DNA of 58,910 nucleotides, filler included, from Sphacelaria rigidula (GCA_964200075.2; 5 parts of 5 records of this genome joined end to end with filler, not necessarily neighbours in it); one strand, 5' to 3'; positions 37,801 through 51,649 are shown, counted from the whole stretch's first letter. Notes: generated by a model not told the origin, from the letters alone. Numbers and translations: made by a program.

Positions 37801-40024
37801 GACACAACCTTGGAAATTGAGGTGCCACCCCGTGCAAAATGCTTCCAACTTTTGGGCGAACAGGAGCTGCGGGGATACGGCACGTGAAGGAAATGGGGTT
37901 TGTTTGCAGATCGGTGATGGGGGGATACCCTGCACGCCACGAAAATATCCTTATTTGGTGTCCAGCATCGTTCTCGATTTCTGTGACCGGTTGACAGTCT
38001 AGGGGTTACAACTTGTTGGAGGGGTGGTGACTGGTTCTCCGATCAGATGGCGTTTCCCAGATCAACCATGCGTGTAACCCAGAAATTTACTGATAAGGCA
38101 AGACGGGTGAAATCACCGTTATACCGTTCTGACGAGTGGAATGTCCTCCGACAAATCATGACGACCAACTGCTGTTGTCCCTTGCCGGGGAGGCTGCTGA
38201 ATCCGTCGTCTCGCACACCAAAAGGCGCAGTTTTCGAATATGAACCACCTCTCTCAAGCACCTCCATGTCCATAACCTGGAACCTTCGGGGCAGTCGGTG
38301 CTGGTAATCTGCCACTTGCTAGAGAGTAACGTAGACGCGTAGGGAGGGGCAGTACATTCGCCGGATATCACCCCCTCCGCCGCCCTCGCAAAACTGCCAT
38401 ATTTCGATTCTCGAGGCCTCGGTGTGTTGAAAAACATAGAGGGCACCCTTGGTATTCCTTGTTGGGTTATTAACCACATAAACCCGTGTGCTGTCTGTTC
38501 CCGTACAATACTTGCACGTTCTACATATATTGCTTTGCCTATGAGGCTGCACTGTTATGTACCGTACATTACGGAATGCTGCTGCTTAGTGACGATGGGG
38601 GTTTGGAGGCAGATGGGGCACACAACCCGTCATACAGCTCACGTTGGGCGGCTTTTGCACTTTGTGATGCTGGGCAAAGTGCGATCCAAACTAGTTACGC
38701 GCAAGCGAGTGAAGAGTCGAAATGATCGCCGCTGCCGCCGCTGGAGAAGGTTGCCATCTGCCACAAGGTCTAGGGGATAAATACGGCAAACAGGGACTGG
38801 CACATGCCGCCTCGATGTGTACGCGACTCAAATAAGATTTGTCACATACCTGCAGCGGCTCATAGGTTACTGGCACAATACGTGCCGAACCGCATCTTGC
38901 ACCAAAATGTTGTTCGTGTCAAATAAATATTGCGCCCCGCCGCTGGTCGACATATTTCAGAGACTTTATACAATGCAAGGACTCCGCTGGAGGGGGCATC
39001 TGCCCCGTCCGCTTCGCGCGCGGTAGGCGAGGCCGGATTCACTTGGGGGAGTCCGACGGTTAAATATGAGGTTCGTACCCAAGGCTTCTCAAGTGATCCG
39101 GGCAGGGAGGGGTAGATGAAAAGGAAAGGCAGCATATGTGCCCATGCCGCCCATGCCTGTCCATGTCCTGTCGGGGGTTAGTATGTAAGTGGCTGTTTTC
39201 CCTCGCGGGTTTTATCTTAGTCCCAAGCAAACATGCTAAATAACCAACCCACTGCAAGAACCACCACATACATATGTCTGGATATACGCTGGACAAAAAT
39301 ATCGCTTTAGCTGTGCTCAATAAAGGCGTGACACACTAGATAGTCAACGACAGCTGCAAAAATCACAGCATCTTTGAACCTGTCAGCAGACCTGGCGGAG
39401 AAAAAGATAGCTCAATTTCGATATCAAGTGAAGACGTTCTACTTACTAGATTTGAGATTCACCTCGGTCTCATTTCAAGCAAGGTAAGTGACGCATATGC
39501 GTGGAAGCCACATTACGTATGTGCAAAATAAATACTCGTATAAACAATCATGTGAACCGAAGAGGAGTAATTCCCAGGAAACTTGCTCACCACCTACATG
39601 AGTGAAAGGTCCCGAAACCCTTCCGCGGGGTTTTATCGAAAGCGATTATCATCACATTTCGGAACACCATTTCTACACAATGATTCCCCCACGACGACCA
39701 GTTTCGAACCTTCCCAAAAGCAGCGTTGTCCGGATCGAAGCCCAGATCAGAAATGCGGCGGTCCTGAAAGTGGTGGCTTGTCCAACATCTCTGCACTGCT
39801 GCAGACAAGACGCAACAAGACAACACAACACCTACACTGCGAGCCCCGCAAAACGACGCGCATATACCCACCACCCATGCGCATTAGCTCCAGCGCTAGC
39901 TTTTGCTCATCTACACACGGCAATTCTTGTCTGACGGGAATCCGTTGGGTATTGGAAAAAAAAACGGCCCCGTGCGTGCCATATTTCAACCAACAACGTG
40001 CCGTTGCTGGCTGTGTGCGTCCGG

Positions 40025-40200
40025 CGTGCGCGCGTCTCACACAAATATTCGTTCCTCACTGAACTCTGAAGACGTCTGAGCAAGGTCACGCACAACAAGC
40101 TCAGCTGATGAGCAACTATGGCTCGAGCTGGGTGTTTTTGGTTTGCAGGGGCAATGCAATGCTTAGATTCACGTTTGATCGAGTTGGGCTGTATGTCAAG
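40025..40200 (+). repeat. Dispersed repeat shared with 56585-56680 and 56995-57150
   Basis: cgcgtctcacacaaat...gcaaggtcacgcaca...gctcag.t.atga.ca.cta.ggctcgagctg. Confidence 0.8.
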
Positions 40201-42116
40201 CCTTTGCATATTTTCCTGCCAACGGGATATTCATGTTCCGGTTCGAGGTTTTACTCAAGTCGGAAAAGTGATTTGGGGGCACTTCCCGGGGGGGGTGCGA
40301 TGTTCCAGCTACCAATCACCGGCCGTTCTTTTCAAAAGTGATCATTATTTGAAACGCGATGATCACCCTTGATAAGAGTCCGCCTTACACCCGTCAGGAA
40401 TAGTCTTTGGTATTCCAGGTGAAAGGGTCCCACAGTAGCAAGAGATCAGGAGAATGGCGCCCACAGGACACTCTGTGTTCTGGACCCTGTACACGCTCCG
40501 GTTCCCTGCACACCACTCAGGCTCACAGCCGATTCGGATCATGACTTTTCAAAGAAAAAACGCATGTCGATTTTGAAATCCTCCGGCGGCAGGGATACTT
40601 CAGCGACTTCCCGAAAAAAAAGCGGGAGATCACCTTCTGCATCAACACGTGAGATACACCGTACTACACTAGCGAAGTACTCTCTATACATGATCCGAAT
40701 GCCAACACATGCTCGCAGCAACGCTCGGAAAAGTATCACAGGAACCTGGCCCCCTAGGCACCTCCCACTCTCCCTTCGCCTGAGGAGTCGCTATATTGAG
40801 GGCTTGGGCTGGTCGTGCGAAAAATAGCTCTTATCGCGCATATCAAAACCAAGCCTTGGTTCAATTCGCCATATTGTTTCTATTTTTGGAGTTCATCTCC
40901 ATCCCAGATTCCACAAAATCGACGGTTAAGAAGTGTTGCCGTATCCCTGAAAAAATCGAGCTCGGGGCTTGGGATATCGGCTGATGCCACGCTTCAAGCA
41001 TTTTCCGAGGTCCACGAAAATCAATCACAGGGTTGACGGGGCTTCGCTGGAGGGGACAAACGCCGCCTTTGGCGACCAGGTGGCAGGAGAGGCAGGGTAT
41101 GGTCAAATCTGTCATTAAGCAGAAGATGAGGTCCGCATCCAAGGCTTCCAGAGTGATTCGAGCAGAAAGGAATGAAGAAAAAAAGCAGGTTACATGTGTC
41201 GGCGGTATCTGAGCCTGTTTCTCGGGAGTCCGTGTGTAAAATCTGTAGAGCCTTCTCGCGTCTTTGCTGCATCAGCGCAAACATGTTGGACCTACGTCGA
41301 CTGCAAAAATCATCACAACTTTGAAGCTGTTCGCAGATTTGGCGGCCAGAAACATCGACCGCTAACAATTATTTTCTTTCCATGTCTGGATAATCGACGA
41401 CCCCAGCATGAACCACAACAACGTTCAAACCTGTCTGCACAGCACACTCCGTGAACATAACCCATGACTCCAGCTTGCTTCCGAGTAAGGAGGGTGAGCG
41501 CGGACAATATTTCAAATTCGCTCCGATTTGTGCCCAGGTAAAAGGGCTCTTACTGAATTTGAAATCGAACGTCCGATGAAGCTCACTGGTGGCGAGTGTC
41601 AAAGCGCTTAGTCGGGGGTTGGTGTGTACGTGTTGTGCTTCCCTGTCGCGTCTTTTTCGCATCAGCAGCAAGAGGTTGAGTCAGAGATCACTGGAACAAC
41701 CACCACATTTTGGAACCTGTCTGCCTACAGATCTGGCGATAAGGACTTCACCCCGCTGTATTTCCTATTTCCAACCAAGGTTTCGCAATAGATTACCGAC
41801 GACGCCTAGGAAGAACTTTCGAACGCTTCGATAGATTGAGCAAGCAGAACAAAACTCTACTATATATTTCGAAGTGAGGACATTGTACGCCTGGACTTTA
41901 GCTTCGTTCCAGCATACTCTTGCGTGAGGAAATTGAGCACTTGACTTCAAAACAAATCCGTGCCGCCACGCACGCTGGAAGAGGTATTTTTCACACCCAG
42001 GCACCCAGGAACGCTCTGCGCTCGAGGGTTCACGGCCTGCCTTCCTTGGGGTACGCGGCGGGGAAGCGTTAGGAATGATCTTCTCCCTCATGCACTCTAA
42101 ATGAACGTAAAAGTTC

Positions 42117-42321
42117 CAAGGGTAGGTCGAGTAGAGTATACTCGATTGCGGGGTATTTTGAAAGTCGTACTCAAAGTACGCAAATTGAGCGTTGGGTTTC
42201 AGGAATCGCTTCCCAGCTATTTTTTGGGCACGACGCGCAACACTCTACCCTGACGCGAGTATCCCGAGTACGTCTTTCAAAATACCCCGAAATTGAGTAT
42301 ACTCTACTCGACCTGCCCTTG
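42117..42321. mobile_element. hAT-like MITE with ~55-bp TIRs
   Basis: CAAGGGTAGGTCGAGTAGAGTATACTC... / ...GAGTATACTCTACTCGACCTGCCCTTG. 8-bp flanks AAAAGTTC / TAAAGTTC match at 7 of 8 positions. Confidence 0.8.
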
Positions 42322-42595
42322 TAAAGTTCGCTTCACCATGGTTCCTTCGACTGCGACTTCTTTCCAAATTCCAAAGCGATTCCAAAGCAAGGTCATGGGT
42401 CAGTCCGTATTCTCATTTTCGCCCAAATATTGAATCCAACGTCAGGGTTCAGGGTTCAGGTACTTCCCTGGTGCCAAGCTTGGAGCGGCTTTCGAGGTTC
42501 TCCCGCCAGTACGAAGATGTTTGACCAAATAATACCTACACAACGGCCACCATTTAACCCTGTCGATAAAATAATATCATGTCAACTAAATCTTG

Positions 42596-42693
42596 TCGAG
42601 TTGGGCCGCGATCTGCATAGCGTATGAATCTTCCAAGTAAGGGGAAGGTGCCCATCTGCTCAAAAGTCTGGGCCAACATCTTCTCGTTGATTG
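42596..42693. repeat. Dispersed repeat with an inverted copy at 47347-47443
   Basis: gttgggccgcgatc...gtgcccatct.ctc.aaa.tctgggccaa.atcttctcgttgatt matches the reverse complement of the contig 5 site. Confidence 0.8.
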
Positions 42694-43785
42694 TAACCCC
42701 ATGTCTGGACATTCCTATACCTAACGGAGATAGCGCCCACACTAAAATCTACATGAAACCCCGAACGATGCATTCAGCGGATGACGAATTTTTGGTGTGG
42801 ATGACGAATTTTGGTGTGGACATTCCCTGGAGCACGGGGAGATAGATGATAGATAGATACCCTCACCTTCACCTACTTCGTTGTTTTCTCTCGAGATATG
42901 GCGCACGTTAATTTTATTTCCAGAACCAACATAGTACGAGCGGAGGCACTCAATGCACTAAATCTGGATATTGCGTCTCAGTTTTCGAGGGTTCTGCTTC
43001 AAAACTTCGTTTGGAAATCGCTACTGCACAATGAAGGAAATAATCATCGTTTGTCGTTTTCTATCATTTTTTCTTCATTTTTTCTTGTTTTTCAGGGGAG
43101 TTTGAACCCCTTTGGAACCCTCCCTTCCCGTCCCCCGGCCAGACGCGCTCATTTCTTCAGGTTTCGACAAACAAAAAAATGGAAAGCAGAAGAGACCGAC
43201 GGCAACCATTTTTACTGTGAAAGACCAAAGGAGACTCCAGAAGGATACTTCATGGATATACCCAAAATGAAACCCCGGGGCGGTCGGGTTGGATTTGTCC
43301 AATGATATCACGTGACGAGCGAAGTGTTGTGTCCAATGGTATGCATCGACAAAACTCTCGCTAAACAGTACAAACTCTCATGTATGTGATTTTTGTCAGG
43401 GGGAATCTGTGAAATACCTCAGTTCGACTTCGGTGCGCCAATATGTCTCATTAGTATACTTGAACTTAGAGTGGCGCACTAGTATACTTGAAATTATAGT
43501 GGTTCACCATTTTGGTGGGCTCCATCATCAAAAGTTGGCGAGCGTAAGAAGCCACATAATACGGTGACAATGATATGGCGGGGCAATTGTAAATTCCCTC
43601 GCCACATGTGGAAGCGCTGAAGAGCGACCCATTTGCAATTCACGTTCAGCTGGAAGAGGTGGCTGAGAAGTACGGCCAGGACGCTGCCAGGCGACCCGCT
43701 GAAAAGGCTGCAAGAGCGGTTGGGGCAGCCCACTGCTCCCCTGTAGCGAGGTCCAACACAAAGATTCAAGGCACACGTACCAAAC

Positions 43786-44161
43786 CTGGGCCGGTAGACG
43801 GCCTGGAAAACATTGTTCCGAATTTCGCCCGGCCCGGTTTCTTAATTGCCTGGTCTCGCCTTAATTCTGCGAGTAAGAAGTCGAAATTTGGTGCGGAGGA
43901 AGAATAGGGCATGCTAGAATGCTGTCGCTAGGGACGCAAAGTTTGTTTTCTTTCTTTTCGTGAATTAACGGTATTTTCCTGATATCTAGATATTGATTAT
44001 TGCCCTTAACTCGGAGAGAAAGAGAAAAAAAAATCGCGTCCCGAGCGACAGCGTTTTAGCATGCGCTATTCTTCCTCCGTACCAAATTTCAAAGTCCATT
44101 TCGCAAAATTGACGTGAAACGGGGTCTGTAAACCACAGATTCGCATCCTGGCCGGCCCAGC
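43786..44161. mobile_element. Decayed foldback/MITE element
   Basis: 43883-43937 is the near reverse complement of 44036-44090; weaker inverted similarity extends to ctgggccgg / ccggcccag. Confidence 0.65.
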
Positions 44162-45041
44162 CTGTAGGAGAGATTCAAGGAGAAATGAACATTGCTCTCG
44201 GCCCTTAGTTCATTTTCTTCGCTCAATTATTGAGATCTGATACTTGGCATGGAGGACCACAGAAATATGCTCAGAAACACAGGACGGAATCTATTGCCCA
44301 CTGTAATTTGTGGAATGCTGTACTCGTGCTTGTAGTCGGCAACTTCACGCCACATTTAGACACCAGCGGGTGAAAATCTCCACAACGCCAAATGGCACAG
44401 GCGGATTTCGCGCCATAGCGGCTGTGTTATCATACAGCTTCGCCCGAGATACGGGCAGCCACTACAGCGGCGGAGGCGGCCTTTCACGCCTGCGTGCGCC
44501 ACCTGGGGCAAACGCACGCCTAGCTGCAACACGGGTAGTTGTACAAAACGTTGCGTAGCGATATACCGCGTCGCGAGGGGTGATATCGTGATATCCCACG
44601 TACACGTTGGCCGCAGCAACGACGTCTGCGTTCATGTTGTGGCGAACAGCATCAGACAGCGGGGAATCCATGCAGCACAGGGATAGGCTGAGGATGTAAC
44701 ATTCTGCGGTGTGCCATGTCACCTTGCACCCTGCCGCTGTGCAGTGAGCAGGTGGTACCGCCCAAGGCGTCACTGCTGCGGTTGGTACGCAGCAGCGAAC
44801 ACAGACAGCAAGCAGTATATTGATGTACTCGTATACTACAGCTGTACATGTGTTTCAAGAGGGATGCGCACGGGGTGGGGCCCGCATCTGGAGAACCCTG
44901 CAACAACTTCTCCCAGTTCTAGCGTAAAGAGACATCGCGCCAGCAGCAATCACTTGCGATATGTGCTGTGACGGATCTCGCGCGTGATGCGACATTTTCC
45001 ACCGTGGGGAATCGCCCGTGAAGCCACCTGTTGAAGCTGAC

Positions 45042-45486
45042 AACACGGGATCTTACAAATTGGGGGATGGATATTTTATTGGGGATGAGAAACCCGGAGA
45101 ATCAAAATCTTCGTATCCACACCAAATCTTCGAATTATGGTTTCGTTTTTTCACCTAGTGATAGCTATTGACGACTGCTACATGCTGTAGAAATTTGGAT
45201 TTCGATCACCGAAATGTTGGGGTCCTAGGTGAAGAACCATTTTCAGAACCATTTTGGCGTCCGTTCGGACACCCGAAATTCCCTAAAAATATTTTTTCAC
45301 CTAGGACCCCAACATTTTGGTGATCGAAATCCCAACCCCTATGACGTGTAGCAGTTGTCAATGACTATCCGTAGGTGAAGAAATAGAATCATATTTCGAA
45401 GGTTTAGTGTGGATACGAAGATTTTAATCCTCCGGGTTTCTCATCCCCAGTAAAAGATCCATCCCCAATTTGTAAGATCCCGTGTT
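45042..45486. mobile_element. 445-bp foldback MITE with ~200-bp arms and 4-bp TSD (TGAC)
   Basis: AACACGGGATCTTACAAATTGGGG... / ...CCCCAATTTGTAAGATCCCGTGTT, with TGAC at 45038-45041 and 45487-45490. Confidence 0.85.
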
Positions 45487-45779
45487 TGACAGTGCCCACC
45501 CCTCTTCCCACGTTGACCTCCTCTCTGAGCGGAAGATGAATGAATTTGCGGAACATGACCTCAACTACTGGAAGGTACACGTCCTCCTTGCTATGATAAT
45601 GCCTCCATGACATTGAAAAAAGAATAACACTTAGGTTGTGTTTTACCGAAACAAGGAAAATGATCATCATTTCGTGACAGTGATAGTGAAGTGACGGTTC
45701 ACAACTTCATCACGAGAAATCATGCATCGTTCTAATCGAGTATGATAGGGTGGGAAACAAGTGATACAGGAACGGTGAA

Positions 45780-46397
45780 ACAGCACGCGAACATACCAGC
45801 GACTTCAGGGAGGGTGGTAATCACGCGCAGGGGGGTATGGGTATTGTCGCAGGTCGAAATGCGGACCGCCTTCCGCACGAAAAGAAGAAGCAACAGTAAC
45901 AGTATCAGTAGCATCGTTATGGCCAGTAGATGTACGCGGCTGGGGGTGGATCTAAATCAGCCGGCGCCGATACTGCTGCTGCTGCTGCCGTTCTTACTCA
46001 TGAGAGAAACGGTCCGCGGTTCGATCGTGCTACAACGCCCACGCACCTTGCACGTGACAGCCACCGTGCTCGAAAGCGCTGGTCCGTACTACCCGTCGAT
46101 AGGTCTATGCTTGCTCACTAGGCTAAGTGCTGGGAGATATAGCTGCGCGCATCTCTGTGAGCGAGCTGTGCACGTCGGGTGTGTCTCGCACGCGTGGCTG
46201 CTGTTGGTGATGGGAATGAAGCCAGCGTCCAGTACAGGGGAAAACAAGTGAAATGTACTTGTACTGAAATGCTACAGTATACTGATACAATATAAGGGTA
46301 ACAACACGGAAACACGTCATGATCTATTTCAAGTGGGGAGGAGGAAATAACGCGCCAGGTGCATGGGCACGTCGAAGCGCGGACCGCCTCCCGCACG

Positions 46398-46430
<33 letters not shown>

Positions 46431-46835
46431 AGAAGAAGCAGCAGCAGCAGCAGCAGCAGCAGTAGCAGCAGCATCTTTATTGCCAGTAAATGTGTACAGT
46501 TGGGGGGTTTTGAACGTTGGGGGTGGTTTTGAATCAGTTGTTACCGATGCTGCTGCTGCTGCTCCTAATCGTAGACGGTCCGCGTTTCGACCGTGCGACA
46601 ACACCCACGCACCTTGCGAGTGATGGCCACTGTGCTGGACAGCGCTGGTACGTACCACCCGCCGATGGGTCCATGCTTGCTTACTCGGCGAGGTTCTGGG
46701 AGATATAGCTGTGCGCATTTCTCTGGGGGAGCTGTGCACGTGGAGCGTCTCTGTCTCCCACGCGTGGATACTGCTGGTGATGGGGTGGACCCAGCGTGGC
46801 TACTGCTTATGACGGGATCCCAACTGTCTGTCCCA
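45780..46835. repeat. Tandemly duplicated ~560-bp unit with (GAA)n/(GCA)n/(CTG)n microsatellites
   Basis: 45930-46215 resembles 46491-46785 (acggtccgcg..tcga.cgtgc.acaac.cccacgcaccttgc...ctgggagatatagctg.gcgcat). Confidence 0.8.
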
Positions 46836-47112
46836 TGAAGAGCTCAACAGCCCACTACTTCCAACCATGGCATGTTCCTCTTCGCATTCTCACGCGAATG
46901 TCCCTCCGCTCTCACGAAAATTAATTCCCAAAACATTAACTTTGGTGAGGGCGTGTCTTCGCACTTTTTTTTTCGATCGAAACAGTGCGATCGAAAAAAA
47001 ATTGTGTTATCTGATAGGTCCACCGCATTTATGTTCCTCGACGGATTCAACTCAAAATTATAATTAGCGGCGCGCGGAGAAGAATGCAACGAGTGAAAAA
47101 ACATTTTTTTTC

Positions 47113-47212
47113 NNNNNNNNNNNNNNNNNNNNNNNNNNNNNNNNNNNNNNNNNNNNTTAATTAATTAANNNNNNNNNNNNNNNNNNNNNNNNNNNNNNNN
47201 NNNNNNNNNNNN
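47113..47212. other. Artificial contig-joining spacer
   Basis: 44 N + TTAATTAATTAA + 44 N. Confidence 0.98.
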
Positions 47213-47278
47213 ACATACACCGAAAGGTGTAGACTGGTGCCCAGAATAAATGGGACGACAACACACAACAACACACAG
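47213..47278 (+). mobile_element. 3' end of a SINE copy at the contig start
   Basis: acata.accgaaaggtgtagactgg...ccagaata.atgggacgacaaca matches 16830-16880. Confidence 0.85.
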
Positions 47279-49408
47279 ATTTAGTTCGTCACCTAGTAGT
47301 ACTGCCTCTCTGCTCGTAATATATTTACTACAGTAGACATGGAGTTGAATCAACGAGAAGATATTGGCCCAGAATTTCGAGAAGATGGGCACGTTCCCCT
47401 TTATTAGGCGATTAATACGATATGCGGATCACGGCCCAACTCGTCTGTATCGATGAGAAATTGCTTGTAGAGCTTTACATCCGTTTCTAGGCTGGCCCAG
47501 CTGGTATTGTAACCAAGTATTTTCTTATTTTTGCTTTTGTGTCTGTACCGAGAGAAGAGACGAATCCCTTTTCAACCGTCAATCTGCCCATCACAGCTTG
47601 CCGCAAATTGATTTCCTATCTTGCGATGCGTGTATATAGACAAACCAAAGGATCGCGGCATAGACCCGTCTCTTTATGTTGTCATTGTCCTCTGATACAA
47701 ACGATAGGAAGGAAGACGGCATGAACAGGCAAGGTCATCTTCGTCTCATACATCCGAGTGATCCCGCCACATTCGATTTGAAACATGTCGGTTCCCGCAA
47801 CTCATAACCGGACACAACGCAGACACCAGCGAACTAATTCGGTGCAGTGTGTGAAGGACAGCGCTAGCTTTAGCTTGCCCAATGCTCTCTTGCTCATGGA
47901 GGACACAATGTACTGGGCGGCGGTGTCTACAGAGCTTATGCAAAACACCAAGAATGCCCACAAACCACCTGCTTACTGGACTCGGGACTGTCGTTGTACC
48001 CCCGACAGCTATACGGCCGCATGTTGCAAATTCCACCGCGCGATTTTGGCATACATGCCTTCCGACCAAAGAAGGTAACGTGCGTGTGCTGGGAGCAGTG
48101 CGAGGCCTGGCGCAGGCTTCGTCGGCAAGTGGCAGTGATGGCATTGATATCAGTAGCAGCAGCACTTTTGAAGAAGATTGCAGGGTGGTGCAGGAGTGCA
48201 ACGACCTCATCAACGCCCGCCTTGACATCCCCGTGTGAGTGCAGCTACTGTACACAGTATTGTCGTACAGCACCCTACCATTCTCTGCGCTGTCAGCACA
48301 TGCTGTACCTACGACTGCAGTGTACGGATAAGTCACAAACTTGCCCATGACGATGCTTTATCTCGTTGCTGTGCCACACAACAGTACAGCAAACAGTAGT
48401 CTACATACAGTATTCTTGAATTGTCTGCAATCGTTGTAGGTGACCCAGTATATCACCCTCATTGAAACCTATTTTGTGACGGGATATAACACCCCCCGAT
48501 GAACCCTACTTTTCCCGGGATTAGAACAGCGAGATCCTTCGTTGGCGAAATATCACGTGTATCAAGCGAGACGATCTCGACGATACTAGGCCTTTCTAAG
48601 AGCACAGCTTCCGACGGCACCCTTCACGCAGTTTGAAAAAATCGCGTTTACGAAGGGACACATCCGCCACCGTCAAGGCCACGTTTTCGAGATTTCTGAG
48701 TTTAACGTACTGTACTGGAAACCTCATTAACCCTTTGGCAACCCTCCTTTCCCGTCCCCGGTCCAGACGCCTCATTATTTCACACGTCGGACGGATCACT
48801 TTCTATAGGGCGCGGGTCATACAGCCCAAGTGTGAACACACCTGTGTACCCGATTCGGGTGATACAGTGCAACTAGTTATGGAACGGTCCTCGTGATCCG
48901 GATATCATCGATCAGGAGGGAGGTATCTTGTACGGGTCATAAGGATACACAGATTCTTCTTGACGTTTCGTGTACACCTGATTCGGATTACATAGGTGTG
49001 CCGAAGGAGATCATGTACGGATACTCGGGTCATACAGATCATCATCAGACATATATGTACGAATCGCACCGGTAGTACGGGTCAGGTGAGGAATATTGAA
49101 TACTGTTCATTGTATACTTCATTCGGATGCGCCGACCGTGCACATCTTCAGAAAAAACATGCAGCCCTACCGTGGAACCACACTCGGAATAAAGTATACG
49201 TACTTCATGTTACATATGCCCCGGTTGCCACAGCCAACATCCGGACTTGTGAACATGCGATGTACCAGGGCCATACAGGTTAACAAGTGAGGGAGCTGAA
49301 TACTGTTTTCTTGCGTACTTGATCCGGATCTTGCATACTTGATCCGGATCTTACGGGTGCGGGAAAGGGTTTCTTGTATAATGTACTAGATTACAATTTC
49401 ACAGGTAA

Positions 49409-49877
49409 GACTACTTCTTATGTATCGAAAAATAAATCTTTTTGAAAAGTGAATTTTTGGTCCTCCTCCGTCGTTTTCCCCCGAAAAGAGGGTTAGGCGG
49501 CTGATGACCCATCGGAATGACTTGCTCTACTCGCTGAGACAGTTCCAGAGCACCTTTACGTTTTCTGTAGGTCACGGTTTCGTTTTTGGCTAAAGTTGCA
49601 TTTTCAATAACAAACGGTCAAGTTCTCTAAAAAAAGAGAGAACACTGACATTTTTTTGGTAACTTGACCGTTTGTTATTGGAAATGCAAGCTTGGCCAAA
49701 AACGAAACCGTGACCTACGGGAAACGGAAAAGTGCTCTGGAACCGTCACAGCGAGTAGAGCAAGTCATTCGAAGGGGTCAACATCCGCCTAGCCCTCTGT
49801 GCGGGGGGAAAACGACGAAGAAGGGCCAAAAGTGCACTTCTCAACAAGTTTTACTTTTTGATACTTAAGAAGTAGCC
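49409..49877. mobile_element. 469-bp foldback MITE with TAA TSD (PIF/Harbinger, Tourist-like)
   Basis: Arms of ~220 bp are reverse complements around a short loop (~49630-49655). Termini GACTACTTCTTA / TAAGAAGTAGCC are flanked by TAA on both sides. Confidence 0.85.
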
Positions 49878-51649
49878 TAAGGGTTAGCTTTTGGCGCACA
49901 TAGAATTCAAATCGCACGGGTCGACGACAAGCTACTGCGCTTGCCACTATGTGATGCTGTAAAGATGACACGGGTCTGCACATCACTTGTACACAGAAGT
50001 GTATGTGCGAAGCGGGTCGTACAGCTCGTCGCTCGGCAAACATGTACGGGTCAAGCGGGTCCTGCGGATCAGCACCGGAAAACGTGTACGGGTGACACCT
50101 CACCTCGGACGGATCATGATCTATGTCCCAAATGAGCTGACCCGGATCTATCACGAGCTGATCCATCCGACGTGTGCGTTATTTCAAGCGCTGATAAAGA
50201 AGAAAAGATGGGAGAAGAGAATACCGACAACAACCATTTTTACGCCGGAAGGCCACAGAAAAATCCACCGACACACGTCACACGTCATGCTCGCACCAAA
50301 AATGTCGCCCCGGTGCGGTCAGATTTGTTTTATCGAATGAGGGGACGGAACGGGTCAAATATGTTCATCTTTGTGGACACAGCAAAAACCAGCACCGCGG
50401 CCTCTGAATTCCATACAACAAAAATCAGCACCTCCTGTATATTTTCCTTATATTTAGTCCCGTGTGGCACTGCGGCACACAAATGTAGGAGACGCATCAC
50501 ACCGGAGTATTGCTGTGCTGCAGTCCGGAGGTCGTACCCGCCCAACACTTGGCAAGCGTGCTGAGCCACATCACAGAAACAAAGTAGTGTGGCCGCGCGC
50601 ACAGAAATCACTTGAACACACATGGAAGAATGGAGGTGCGATACAGTATTTACTCAATTCACCGCCAGTTGGAAGCGGTCGCGGGCCTGAAAAACACACT
50701 TTAAGCAAAAACATACCTTGGGCAAAATAGTGTCATTGGAAGCTGCAAACAATCAACCATATGTTGTTCAAGAAACAGCACCTCGAAATCAGCACTTTTC
50801 CATTGCCAGCATCAAAAGGGTTGAGAGTTCAAAACCTGATGAACAACGCACAACAGTATATGAAAGACATAAGTTGAGTAGTATTTGGGCGGGAGTGTGA
50901 TGGCGTAGGGGACGAGAACATACTCTTCCCCGGGGGTGTTTCCTACCGTGATTTGGGATATACATCGTTTCGGCCTATCACGAGTATAGGGTTTTACTTA
51001 TTTTGTTAGTGAAGTAATTTTCTCATGGTATAATAGTAATCTCACCAAAGATTCTGCTCGTAAAGTGACTATTATGCTCGATTCATGGTCGCATTGTCAA
51101 ACAAAATATGCTCGATTTGTGCTCGCAACGTGGAATTTATACTCGATTATGCTCGTGATATCCGACACGGATGCCATTTTTGCAGTTGCTTTCGAATTTT
51201 GTCACATCATGCACTCCCGCCCCTCTCCCCCCGGCGTGGGGGGGGTGGGGTAGGAGAGGTAGGGAAAAGTTCATAAATCACCCACTCAAAATTAGTGTGA
51301 CCCCTCACGTATCCGACCGCTGGCTCCCGCCTGGAGATCGCACTGAGGGCAATCGCACCAGCCTCAAGCATCAACGCAAACCTCCCCACCAGCCTGCCTG
51401 TGCACCCACTTTGTGGTGTACACCCGCAGCTAGCCAATGTCCTGCCGACAAGAGCCCTACCGACGTGTACCAGATGGAAAATAAAAAATAATACACGCAT
51501 CCCACAACTTAGCCCCACTGAAACACTCGGCGACAACGTCTGCCGGCAAAAGAAGGGGGACACCATGGTTCTGTCGACCCACGGCCTTCTCCGTTCCACT
51601 ACAAGTATAGCGCTGCAACCGCGCCTGCGACTGAAAATCGCATAATTTC

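Noticed and set aside
43494..43907. Short coding-looking ORF (EEVAEKYGQDAARR)
   Set aside because: It has no recognisable motif or supporting exon chain and is embedded in repeats.
46118..46739. PolyL, polyE, polyA and polyS ORFs
   Set aside because: They are translations of (GAA)n/(GCA)n microsatellites in a duplicated non-coding repeat.
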